A DNA stretch of 20,787 nt from PVC group bacterium (lineage in GTDB: Bacteria; Auribacterota; Erginobacteria; Erginobacterales; Erginobacteraceae): assembly GCA_043804695.1 (NCBI GenBank), contig JAZDIV010000002.1, positions 1 to 20,787 of the forward strand. The letters are read 5' to 3'. Both the position numbers and the translations under genes were made by a program. Below, one piece after another: positions 7,557-16,007 of this stretch. The notes below the pieces were generated by a model. The model saw only the letters and a list, made by a program, of their open reading frames with translations. It did no database searches and had not been told where the DNA came from. How positions within the stretch are numbered: position 1 is the stretch's first letter; each line of letters opens with the position of its first letter.

Positions 7557-7586
7557 AAAAGTAGCGAGCGCAGCGAGCTAATTTAT

Positions 7587-8558
7587 ATGTTGACCAGGAG
7601 GCAGATAACACTCATCAACCTGGTTCTGGCCGCCCTCCTGATCGGAGGGGGGGCTTACCTGATCTGGTCATGCCTGCAGCCTCGGCCGGGGGGAGACGAA
7701 AGCGCCGGCGCCGGCGGGCCCCGGCACGGCCTTTCGGTTCCCACGCCGCCCGGCCGGCCGTACTATGAGGTTATTGTCAGCCGCGATCTCTGGAGGGAGA
7801 AGTTCGCCGCCCCGGTCGAGGGGCCGCCGCCGACGCCTCCTCCGCCGGCCGTCCCTCCGCCCAACTTGAATCTGCTCGGCACCTCTATCCAGCGCGACTC
7901 TTCGAAGAGCACGGCCATCATTGAAGAGGTGGCGAACAAGACGCAGCACCTCTCCCGCGTGGGCGATGTGGTGGCCGGAGCGACGGTTCTGGAGATCCAG
8001 CGGAATCAGGTTGTTCTGGAGCACATGGGAAACGTCTTCATCATCTCCGCTTTCAAGGACAGCATCAAGGTGGAAAAGGGATCGATCCCGCTCAGCCGGG
8101 TGTTTCGGCCCCTGGGAAAGAATCAATGGCTGATCAGCAAGCAGGGTCTCTGGAAGCTGATAGCGAATAACAAGTGGCTGGTGAGCAGCAAGGGGCTCTG
8201 GAAATACATCGGCGTCGAGAAAATACAGATAAAAATAAATGAAGTCCAGGCGGAGATCATGAAGGCGCTGTCCAATGTCGGCTGTCGGACCTACTATCCG
8301 CCCGGGAAGCCGCGGCAGGGAGACGCGGAAGGCTACGAAATTCTGGTTCTCCCCCCCCGCCATCTGGCGATGCACCTGGGGATCAAGCAGGGCGACATTA
8401 TCCGCACGGTTAATGAGAAGATGATCACCGGCAAGCAGAAGGCCCTGGAACTCCTCCAGGAGGTTCAGGATGCGGAGGTTGTGATCGTTGAGATAAAACG
8501 CGAAGGAGAACTCATTCAGCTGGAGTATCGGATTCAGGTTGAGCTGCTGGAACTATAA
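7587..8558 (+). CDS. gspC: Type II secretion protein C (TM, Pro-rich linker, HR domain, PDZ)
   Basis: N-terminal TM; HR domain LNLLGTS..STAII..RVGDVVAGATVLEIQRNQVVL; C-terminal PDZ LGIKQGDIIRTVN; lies directly before the secretin. ATG7587 chosen because the longer ORF starts inside a repeat. Confidence 0.85.
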   Translation: MLTRRQITLINLVLAALLIGGGAYLIWSCLQPRPGGDESAGAGGPRHGLSVPTPPGRPYYEVIVSRDLWREKFAAPVEGPPPTPPPPAVPPPNLNLLGTSIQRDSSKSTAIIEEVANKTQHLSRVGDVVAGATVLEIQRNQVVLEHMGNVFIISAFKDSIKVEKGSIPLSRVFRPLGKNQWLISKQGLWKLIANNKWLVSSKGLWKYIGVEKIQIKINEVQAEIMKALSNVGCRTYYPPGKPRQGDAEGYEILVLPPRHLAMHLGIKQGDIIRTVNEKMITGKQKALELLQEVQDAEVVIVEIKREGELIQLEYRIQVELLEL

Positions 8559-8560
8559 TC

Positions 8561-8583
8561 TTATTTTTCCTCCGGAAAAATAA
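8561..8583. repeat. Short AT-rich palindrome family, copy 2
   Basis: ttatttttcc-tcc-ggaaaaataa, identical to 3737-3759, 2 nt after the gspC stop. Confidence 0.85.
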
Positions 8584-8600
8584 ATAAAGAGAACTGATTT

Positions 8601-10865
8601 ATGATGAAAGAAGCAGGAAGATGGATAGCGGTGATCAGCCTGGGGGCGCTCCTCGGACTGCTGGTCTTCCCCGGTTTTTCCCGATCTCAAACCATCGACT
8701 ACGATGAGGACGAGGGAATGGTCAACATGGATTTCGAGAATGTCGACATCCGGGTGGTGATCAAGTATATCAGCGACCTGACCGGGAAAAACTTCATTAT
8801 CGACCAGAACGTGCGCGGCCCGGTTACCGTTATCTCCCCCACCAAAATACCCCTGGACGAGGTCTACCGGGTCTTCGAGTCGATACTGGAAGTCCGTGGT
8901 TTCGTCACTGTTCCTTCCGGGAAGGTCATCAAGATTGCCACCAAGAAGGACGCGAGCCAGCGGAACATCGCCATGTCGGTCGGCGACAATCTGGAGCAGA
9001 TCGTCCCGGAAGACACGATCGTGACCCAGCTGATTCCGCTCCAGTACGCGTCGGTCGAGAAAATCCGGACCGCCCTCGGCCAGCTCTTCTCCAAAGACTC
9101 CAGCGTCATCGCCTACCCGACCACCAACACGCTGATCGTCACCGACATCTCTTCAAACATCCACCGCCTGGTTCAGATTATCAAGGAACTCGATATCCCC
9201 GGCTACGAGACCAAGATCACGGTTGTTCCCATCCGCTATGCCGCCTCCGCAACGCTCTCCGCCGAGCTGGCCCAGGTGATCGAGGAGGCCGGGGAGGTCC
9301 CCGGGGCGCCCCCGACGCCGCGCCGCCGGCAGCGGGACCAGCTTCAGTCAAGCGAGAAGAACCTGAAGATCATCCCCGACGACCGGACCAACTCCCTGAT
9401 CATCCTCGCCAATGCCGAGGACACCAAGCTGGTCCTGGACCTGATCAAGCGCCTGGACATCGAGACCGAACGCACCAATATCCACGTTTATTTTCTCAAG
9501 AACACCAACGCCGAGGACATGGCCAAGGTCCTCAACAACATCGTCTCCAAGCGGAAGCCAAAGGGGGGGGAGGAGCCGGTTCTGATCAGCGAGGACAAGG
9601 GGACCAACGCCCTGATCATTGACGCCACCCAGGAGTCTTACGGAGACGTGGTGAAAATCGTCCAGAAGCTCGACGTTGTCCGCGACCAGGTCCTGGTCGA
9701 GGTTCTCCTGGCCGAGATCTCCTACGACAAGACCTTCGAGCTGGGGGTGGAATGGATCGACATGGATAATAATGGACAGGGTTTCCCGAACGTCTCGGAG
9801 ATGAAGGCCGGCCGGAGCAACGCCGAGGGGTTTGCCCAGTCGGTCTTCACCGGCAGCCTCTCCAGCTGGGCTTCCGCCGGTGAGGGGAGGTCCTCCCCGG
9901 GCGTGAGCGGCGTGTCGCTTGGCTTCATCCAGAAAATGGCCGGCACCGGGACCAGCCTCCCCGACTTCGCGGTGATGCTCCACGCTCTCCAGACCAATCA
10001 GGATGTCAATATTTTGGCCACCCCGCAGATCCTGACGATGGACAACGAAGAGGCGAAGATCAAGGTCGTCCGGAACATCCCCTACGTGACCAAGCTGGAG
10101 ACGAACACGAATAACGACAACTACCTGCAGAACATTGAGTACAAGGATGTCGGGATCGAGCTGACCATCACCCCCCACATCAGCAAGGCCCAGATGGTCC
10201 GGATGGAGATTCACCAGAAGATATCGAGCCTCCTGGGCGGCTCGGAGGTCTCGGGGGTCAGGCTCACCCCGGAGACCTTCGACCGGGAGACCGAGACCTC
10301 GGTGGTCGTGAAGGATAAGCACACCATCGTGATCGGGGGGCTGATCAGGGACGACTATACCGAGACCGAGGACAAGATCCCCATCCTGGGCGATATCCCG
10401 CTTCTCGGCAACCTCTTCCGGTCCACCACCACCCGGAAGGAGAAGATCAACCTCCTGATCTTTATCACCCCCCGGGTGGTCCGGACCACCCAGCAGATCG
10501 CCGACCTGACCAATCTGAAGCGCCGTAACTCACCGGAAGTCGACGTCATAATGAAAGCGCAGGAGGACGAGATCGCCCGGCGGGAGTACGACGTCCGGTC
10601 GCAGGAGGAGGTTGCTTACCGGGACCTGAAAGCCCGGTATGCTTCCCAGATCGGGAAGATGAAGGAGTATGAAGAGGCGAATATCCAGCCGGCGGCGGAT
10701 GAGTCCGCCGCCGCCCGGGAAGAGGGAGGCGAGATTGGCCCGGATAGAACCTCGGGCGTGGCACCACCTCGTCGCTCCTTCCTGGACAGTCTCCCGAAGG
10801 TCTCCTTCGGCCGGGACAAGGAGAGCGAGGAAAAGCAGAAGGGCACCGGGCGGTACCATAAGTAG
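8601..10865 (+). CDS. gspD: Type II secretion system secretin
   Basis: Signal peptide; N0 (MDFENVDIRVVIKYISDLTGKNFIID); three secretin-N repeats; secretin core QVLVEVLLAEI, NILATPQILTMDNEEA, YKDVGIELTITPHI, KIPILGDIPLLGNLFRS, LLIFITPRVV. Confidence 0.97.
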   Translation: MMKEAGRWIAVISLGALLGLLVFPGFSRSQTIDYDEDEGMVNMDFENVDIRVVIKYISDLTGKNFIIDQNVRGPVTVISPTKIPLDEVYRVFESILEVRGFVTVPSGKVIKIATKKDASQRNIAMSVGDNLEQIVPEDTIVTQLIPLQYASVEKIRTALGQLFSKDSSVIAYPTTNTLIVTDISSNIHRLVQIIKELDIPGYETKITVVPIRYAASATLSAELAQVIEEAGEVPGAPPTPRRRQRDQLQSSEKNLKIIPDDRTNSLIILANAEDTKLVLDLIKRLDIETERTNIHVYFLKNTNAEDMAKVLNNIVSKRKPKGGEEPVLISEDKGTNALIIDATQESYGDVVKIVQKLDVVRDQVLVEVLLAEISYDKTFELGVEWIDMDNNGQGFPNVSEMKAGRSNAEGFAQSVFTGSLSSWASAGEGRSSPGVSGVSLGFIQKMAGTGTSLPDFAVMLHALQTNQDVNILATPQILTMDNEEAKIKVVRNIPYVTKLETNTNNDNYLQNIEYKDVGIELTITPHISKAQMVRMEIHQKISSLLGGSEVSGVRLTPETFDRETETSVVVKDKHTIVIGGLIRDDYTETEDKIPILGDIPLLGNLFRSTTTRKEKINLLIFITPRVVRTTQQIADLTNLKRRNSPEVDVIMKAQEDEIARREYDVRSQEEVAYRDLKARYASQIGKMKEYEEANIQPAADESAAAREEGGEIGPDRTSGVAPPRRSFLDSLPKVSFGRDKESEEKQKGTGRYHK

Positions 10866-10873
10866 TAAGGCAG

Positions 10874-10904
10874 GAACATCGAACATCCAACATCGAACGT
10901 CGAA
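10874..10904. repeat. Heptamer tandem array (GAACATC)x4 without an inverted partner arm
   Basis: gaacatc gaacatc caacatc gaacgtc gaa, just after the gspD stop and followed by a GCCCCGAAGGGGC hairpin (10910-10922). Confidence 0.8.
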
Positions 10905-10992
10905 AGGGAGCCCCGAAGGGGCAGCTTGCTCTGTCGAGGATCCTGAGCGGAGCCGAAGGAAGCGAAGTCGAAGGGATAGAAAATAGGCCAGG

Positions 10993-12753
10993 GTGTCAGC
11001 CCTGGTACCTCATGACATAGGACCAGAGGTTGTGATAGCAAATCAAACAGTCGAAGAGATTCTGCTGGCCGACGGCGCCGTGGATCAGAAAACCGTTGAT
11101 AAAGCCCGGGAACGGCAGGCGGATCGCGATCAGGGGCGGCTCCTGGGCGATATCCTGCTCGAGATGGGCGCCATCAGCCAGGAGCAGTACCGCCGGGCGC
11201 TCAGCCGCCAGCTCCACCTCCCCTATCTCGATTCGCTCTCGGAGGAGATGGTCGATAAGGCGCTGGTCGCCCGGGTTCCCCTCACCTTTCTGCTGGCCCA
11301 TCAGCTGATCCCCCTCGCCGAGAAGAACGGCCTGGTCACCGTTGCCATGGCCAACCCCCTCGAGGTGCAGCCCCTGGATGACTTGCGCCTTCTGCTGGAA
11401 AAGGAGGTCAAGCCCATTGTCTGCGCTCCCGATGAGATCGTCCGGATCGCCAACCGCTCGTACGGCCACGCCGACGGGGCGGCCGAGGCGATGCTGGAAG
11501 GGATGGAAGAAGAGGGGGAGGGCCCCGAGCTGGTGACGCTGTCCGATCAGGCGGAGGACCTCCTGGACATCGCCACCAAGGCCCCGGTGATCAAGCTGGT
11601 GAACCTGATCCTGTTTGAAGCGGTGAAAGCCCGGGCCAGCGACATTCACATCGAGCCGTTTGAGAAGGAACTCCGGGTGCGTTACCGGATTGACGGCGTT
11701 CTTTACGAAGCGCTCTCCCCGCCCAAGCAGTATCAGTCCGCCATCACCTCCCGGGTGAAGATCATGGCCAATCTGAATATCGCCGAGAAGCGCCTGCCCC
11801 AGGACGGCCGGATCAAGATCAAGATCACCGACCGGGAGATCGATCTCCGGGTCTCCGTGGTCCCGATTTCGTTCGGGGAAAGGGTCGTGCTCCGTCTCCT
11901 CGACCGCTCGGCCCAGCTCTACAGCCTCCACGACCTGGGGATGAGCGACGACCGGCTGGCCCTCTTCGCCCGGCTGCTCAAGCTCTCCCACGGCATCATC
12001 CTGGTGACCGGCCCGACCGGCTCCGGCAAGACCACCACCCTCTACGCCGCCCTCAGCACCGTGAACTCGATGGAGCAGAACATCATCACCGTTGAGGATC
12101 CGGTGGAGTATCAGATCCCCGGGATCGGGCAGATCCAGGTGAACCCCAAGATCGGTCTCACCTTCGCCAACGGTCTTCGCTCGATCCTCCGGCAGGACCC
12201 CGACGTTGTTCTGATCGGGGAGATGAGGGATCACGAGACCGCCGAGATCGCGATTCAGGCCAGCCTGACCGGGCACCTGGTCTTCTCGACGCTCCACACC
12301 AACGACGCCGCCGGCGCGATCACCCGTCTCATCGATATGGGTGTGGAACCGTACCTGGTCTCTTCCTCGGTGGTGGGGATCATGGCCCAGCGGCTGGTGC
12401 GGACGATCTGTCCCCACTGCCGGGAGAGCTACCATCCTACCGATGAGATGCTCCGGGAGATCGGCCTCGCCATGGACTCCATCCCGGAGAAGACGCTCTA
12501 TCGCGGCGCGGGGTGCGAACACTGCTTCCACTCGGGCTACATGGGGAGGAGCGGCATCTTCGAAATCCTCCTGGTGGACGACAAGATCCGCCGGATGGTT
12601 CTGGAGCGGACCAATACCGGCGTGATCAAGAAGGCGGCGCTGAAGAAGGGGATGCTGACCCTGCGGATGGACGGTGCCCGGAAGGTGACGGAAGGCATCA
12701 CGACCATCGAAGAGGTGATCCGGGTGACCCAGGAGGACATCATCGAAGTATAA
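10993..12753 (+). CDS. gspE: Type II secretion ATPase with N-terminal N1 (MshEN-like) region; start may be GTG11032
   Basis: ASDIHIEP, RLPQDGRI, Walker A GPTGSGKTT, Asp box TVEDPVEY, LRQDPDVVLIGEMRD, His box GHLVFSTLHTN, and tetracysteine CPHC..CEHC. Confidence 0.97.
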   Translation: MSALVPHDIGPEVVIANQTVEEILLADGAVDQKTVDKARERQADRDQGRLLGDILLEMGAISQEQYRRALSRQLHLPYLDSLSEEMVDKALVARVPLTFLLAHQLIPLAEKNGLVTVAMANPLEVQPLDDLRLLLEKEVKPIVCAPDEIVRIANRSYGHADGAAEAMLEGMEEEGEGPELVTLSDQAEDLLDIATKAPVIKLVNLILFEAVKARASDIHIEPFEKELRVRYRIDGVLYEALSPPKQYQSAITSRVKIMANLNIAEKRLPQDGRIKIKITDREIDLRVSVVPISFGERVVLRLLDRSAQLYSLHDLGMSDDRLALFARLLKLSHGIILVTGPTGSGKTTTLYAALSTVNSMEQNIITVEDPVEYQIPGIGQIQVNPKIGLTFANGLRSILRQDPDVVLIGEMRDHETAEIAIQASLTGHLVFSTLHTNDAAGAITRLIDMGVEPYLVSSSVVGIMAQRLVRTICPHCRESYHPTDEMLREIGLAMDSIPEKTLYRGAGCEHCFHSGYMGRSGIFEILLVDDKIRRMVLERTNTGVIKKAALKKGMLTLRMDGARKVTEGITTIEEVIRVTQEDIIEV

Positions 12754-12932
12754 ATTAGCTCGCTGCGCTCGCAAATTTATAATGGACCCGACTTCGTCGG
12801 GTCTATGCCCTGAATAGAAGTATACAATTTTATGGTAATGCCTTGATGAATAAGTTCTTATCAACCAACAGACCTCCGACTGAGTCAGTCGGAGGTCCGA
12901 ATAAATTAGCGACCGAAGGGAGCTAATTTATA
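12749..12932. repeat. Composite hairpin cassette bounded by a perfect 13-bp inverted repeat spanning the gspE stop to the gspF start
   Basis: tataaattagctc (12749-12761) / gagctaatttata (12920-12932); internal hairpins at 12750-12780, 12784-12804, 12871-12897 and 12901-12931. Confidence 0.85.
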
Positions 12933-14152
12933 TGGCAGTTTTTGATTACAAGGCACTGAATACCCATGGAGAGCAGGTGAGCGGGATCATCGACGCCGAC
13001 AGCCCGGCCGACGCGCGGGCCAAACTCCGGCGTCAGGGGGTCTTTCCGACCGAAGTGTCGGAGTCGGACGCGAAGGTCGACCTGAGGAGCGACCAGGCCC
13101 TTACCCGTCTTCTGCACCGGGTCAAGGCCGGAGATGTGGCGATCTTCACCCGCCAGACCGCCACCCTCCTCAGCTCGGGCCTCCAGCTGGTCCAGTCCCT
13201 GAACGCGCTGATCGACCAGCTGGAGAAGAGCCCCCTGAAGAGGGTGATCATCAAGGTCCGCGACGATGTCAACGCGGGGATGACTTTCGGGGATGCGCTC
13301 CGGGGGTTTCCCCGGGTCTTCCCGCCGCTTTACACCAACATGATCCAGGCCGGCGAAGCGGCCGGCGCCCTGGACGTGGTCCTGGAACGGCTGGCCGACC
13401 TGACGGAGAAAAACGTGAAGATGCGCAATCACATCCGGTCGGTCATGGTCTACCCGATCCTGGTGGCCTGCATCGGTGTTGCGGTCATCATTTTTCTTCT
13501 GGTCAACGTGGTCCCCACCATCACCAGCATCTTTGCCGAGACCCAGCAGGCGTTGCCGCTCCCCACGGTCTTTCTCCTTTCGGTCAGCGACTTCATGCGG
13601 GGATACTGGTGGGCCCTGATCCTGATCGCCGCGGGCCTCTATCTCATCTTCGCGTTCTGGAAAAAGGGGTCCCGGGGGAGATCTTTCATCGACCGGCTCA
13701 AGCTCCGCCTTCCCCTCTTCGGACCGCTGATCCGGAAGATCGCGGTCGTCAGGTTCACCCGGACCCTGGCCACGCTTCTCTCCAGCGGCGCGCCCCTGAT
13801 CGAATCCCTAAGTATCGTCAGGAACATTGTCAACAACACCTCCATCGCCGGTTCGATTGATAATGCGATCGAATCGATCCGGGCCGGTCAGTCCATCGCC
13901 GGCCCCTTCCGGAAGAGCCGGGTCTTCCCGCCGATCGTGGTGCACATGATATCGGTCGGAGAAACCAGCGGCGCCCTGGAGCCGATGCTGGAAAAGATCG
14001 CCGGGTCATATGAGGATGAAGTCGAGACGACGGTGAGCGCGCTCACCTCTCTTCTGGAACCGATCATGATCGTGATCATGGGGGTGGTGGTCGGCTACAT
14101 CGTTCTCTCCATTCTTCTCCCCATCTTCCAGATGAGCCAGGTGATAGCTTAG
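12932..14152 (+). CDS. gspF: Type II secretion inner-membrane platform protein F
   Basis: MAVFDYKAL, FTRQTATLLSSGL, AGEAAGALDVVLERLA, YP, FTRTLATLLSSG, VGETSGAL, LLEP..LLPIF; 406 aa with three TMs. Confidence 0.97.
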   Translation: MAVFDYKALNTHGEQVSGIIDADSPADARAKLRRQGVFPTEVSESDAKVDLRSDQALTRLLHRVKAGDVAIFTRQTATLLSSGLQLVQSLNALIDQLEKSPLKRVIIKVRDDVNAGMTFGDALRGFPRVFPPLYTNMIQAGEAAGALDVVLERLADLTEKNVKMRNHIRSVMVYPILVACIGVAVIIFLLVNVVPTITSIFAETQQALPLPTVFLLSVSDFMRGYWWALILIAAGLYLIFAFWKKGSRGRSFIDRLKLRLPLFGPLIRKIAVVRFTRTLATLLSSGAPLIESLSIVRNIVNNTSIAGSIDNAIESIRAGQSIAGPFRKSRVFPPIVVHMISVGETSGALEPMLEKIAGSYEDEVETTVSALTSLLEPIMIVIMGVVVGYIVLSILLPIFQMSQVIA

Positions 14153-14154
14153 AA

Positions 14155-14464
14155 AAAGTGCCTAAAGTGTGAAGTTTGAAGTGCCTAAAGTTGAAAAAAG
14201 TGCCTAAAGTTTAAAGTGCCTAAAGTTTAAAGTTAGTTTCTGCCTAGGTTTATTCACGTCTGCCGCGGGCAGGCATAAATCGGGTTGATCTTGAGCAATG
14301 ACAGATTCATTCATTAATTAACTGCTTCGGAATTTCACTAACTGTCAAAATGCTAAACGACAGAGCGTTCACCGCCGGCAACGGCGATTATTCTAACTTT
14401 AGGCACTTTAGGCACTTCTCCACCGGAGGCGGATCAGCCTCTGGCTGAAAACTTTAGGCACTTT
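14155..14464. repeat. Inverted arrays of GTGCCTAAAGT (4 copies) ... ACTTTAGGCAC (3 copies) filling the gspF-gspG gap
   Basis: Forward units at 14158, 14181, 14200 and 14216; reverse units at 14396, 14405 and 14451; AT-rich spacer containing small GC hairpins. Confidence 0.9.
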
Positions 14465-14482
14465 CATACGAGGAGGCAGTAG

Positions 14483-14896
14483 ATGAAAAACAAAGGAAAA
14501 AATGCCCTTGGAAACCCCGGTTTTACGCTCGTCGAGTTGATGGTGGTGATCGCGATCATCGGCTTTCTGGCCGCCGTCATCGTTCCCAAGTTCTTCCAGC
14601 AGATCGGGAAAGGGCAGCGGGGCGCCGCCAAGGCGGAGGTCAGGCAGATCGAGGTGGCCCTGGGGATGTATTTCGCCGATGAATACGCCTACCCGGACTC
14701 GCTCTCGGCCCTGGTCCCAAAGTACCTGCCGAGGGTTCCGAAGGATCCCTGGAAAAATCCGTACTATTACAACCCTGCCAGTCAGCACAGCCAGGAATTT
14801 GACCTCGCGTCATTCGGCAAAGACGGGTCCGCGGGAGGCACCGGTGATAACGAAGACATCACCAACTGGGACATTCAAGGGGAAGAAGGGAAGTAG
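14483..14896 (+). CDS. gspG: Type II secretion major pseudopilin
   Basis: G|FTLVELMVVIAIIG prepilin motif; PKDPWKNPYYY, FDLASFGKDG..GG.G..EDITNW; strong RBS GAGGAGG. Confidence 0.95.
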   Translation: MKNKGKNALGNPGFTLVELMVVIAIIGFLAAVIVPKFFQQIGKGQRGAAKAEVRQIEVALGMYFADEYAYPDSLSALVPKYLPRVPKDPWKNPYYYNPASQHSQEFDLASFGKDGSAGGTGDNEDITNWDIQGEEGK

Positions 14897-14918
14897 GGGC
14901 GAACCCCTGTGTTCGCCC
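14893..14918 (+). repeat. GTAG-family REP (GTAGGGGCGAACCCCTGTGTTCGCCC) overlapping the gspG stop codon
   Basis: GTAG followed by a gggcgaac/gttcgccc hairpin; sibling copy at 20513-20537. Confidence 0.8.
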
Positions 14919-14931
14919 GGATGTTAAAAGA

Positions 14932-15495
14932 ATGAACGTTGAACCGTGCGAAACGGAGGGAGCGTCGCATCTATCCGGCAACGGAGGTTTTCGGGATTCA
15001 ACCGCCTGGCAGCGGGGGTTCTCGCTGATCGAGCTCTCGGTGGTCCTGATCCTGATCGGTGTGGTTGTCATGGTCACGTTCCCGAAACTGGCCGGCCTGT
15101 TTTCCGGGCGGCGGCTGAAAGGCTTCTGCCGGGAGCTGGCCGGCACGCTTGATTACACCCGTTCCCGGGCGGTCATCGAGGGGCGCCCCCAGACCTTTTA
15201 TATCGATGGCGAACGGAAAGAATACTGGGTCGGCCGGCCGGAGGAAGCAAGCGGCGATTTCGGAGGCTCTGAGGAGGATGCCGTGATCAGAAAATGGAAG
15301 ATACCGGAGGGGATCAGCGTGAAGCGGCTGGAGCTCGGCACCCGGGTCGTCGACCGGTACACTCCCGTCATCAGATTTTATCCCCGGGGAAATTCCAACG
15401 GCGCGGACATTTTCCTGGAAACCGACCAGGGTGACCGGGCTGTGATCAAGGTCAAACCGTACACCGGGAGATCGCAGGTCGTCGTGGAAAAATGA
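14932..15495 (+). CDS. gspH: Type II secretion minor pseudopilin H
   Basis: G|FSLIELSVVLILIG, YTRSRAV, IRFYPRG, PYTGR; positioned after gspG. Confidence 0.85.
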   Translation: MNVEPCETEGASHLSGNGGFRDSTAWQRGFSLIELSVVLILIGVVVMVTFPKLAGLFSGRRLKGFCRELAGTLDYTRSRAVIEGRPQTFYIDGERKEYWVGRPEEASGDFGGSEEDAVIRKWKIPEGISVKRLELGTRVVDRYTPVIRFYPRGNSNGADIFLETDQGDRAVIKVKPYTGRSQVVVEK

Positions 15496-16001
15496 GCCGT
15501 CGCCAACGTAAAACAAAGCGTGTTCGGCCGCCCCGCCGCCGGTCTGCAGGGGAGCCAACCCGGCCGGGAGGGAGCGGGGGGTTCACTCTCCTCGAGGTGA
15601 TGATCGCCGTCGCCGTTCTGTCCGCGGGGGTTGTCCCGTTGCTGGTGGTGCACGCCGCCACGGTTAATAATCTCCGCCGGGCCCGGGAAATGACCCGGGC
15701 CGGTTTTCTCGCCCGGGACCGTCTCGCCACCCTGGAGACGCTCGGCTTCGACGCCCTGGCCAGCGAGGCGGGATCATCCGGGGCGGCCCTGCCGTCCGAC
15801 CGGGATGATGAGGTGCCGGTTTTTCTCGCGGTCGAAGAAAAGACCGAAAATGTGGAGGATTTCCTGATCGAGGCGGATGTCGCCGTCCGGCCGAAGTTTA
15901 AGGCCCCGGCAGGGGAAAAAGACCGGGCGGGCATTCAGCTCGGCTCGTATATTGCCAGCCTCTATTTCGAGCCGGAAGAAGAAGAAACAGCGGAGGAATG
16001 A
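15492..16001 (+). CDS. gspI: Type II secretion minor pseudopilin I
   Basis: G|FTLLEVMIAVAVLS; ATGA overlap with the gspH stop; gene order. Confidence 0.85.
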   Translation: MSRRQRKTKRVRPPRRRSAGEPTRPGGSGGFTLLEVMIAVAVLSAGVVPLLVVHAATVNNLRRAREMTRAGFLARDRLATLETLGFDALASEAGSSGAALPSDRDDEVPVFLAVEEKTENVEDFLIEADVAVRPKFKAPAGEKDRAGIQLGSYIASLYFEPEEEETAEE

Positions 16002-16007
16002 CGGGCA

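Noticed and set aside
7533..7586. Longer gspC N-terminus from the ORF track
   Set aside because: It lies within the octamer repeat arm; ATG7587 gives a normal short cytoplasmic segment before the TM.
10996..12864. 622-aa antisense ORF opposite gspE (also 9348-10322, 7668-8375, 19486-20505 and other minus-strand ORFs)
   Set aside because: Shadow ORFs expected from GC-rich codon bias opposite well-conserved genes; no recognisable motifs or RBS.
14155..14464. Possible CRISPR array
   Set aside because: Units are only about 9-11 bp with irregular short spacing and inverted arms; no constant 23-47 bp repeats with unique spacers and no cas genes.
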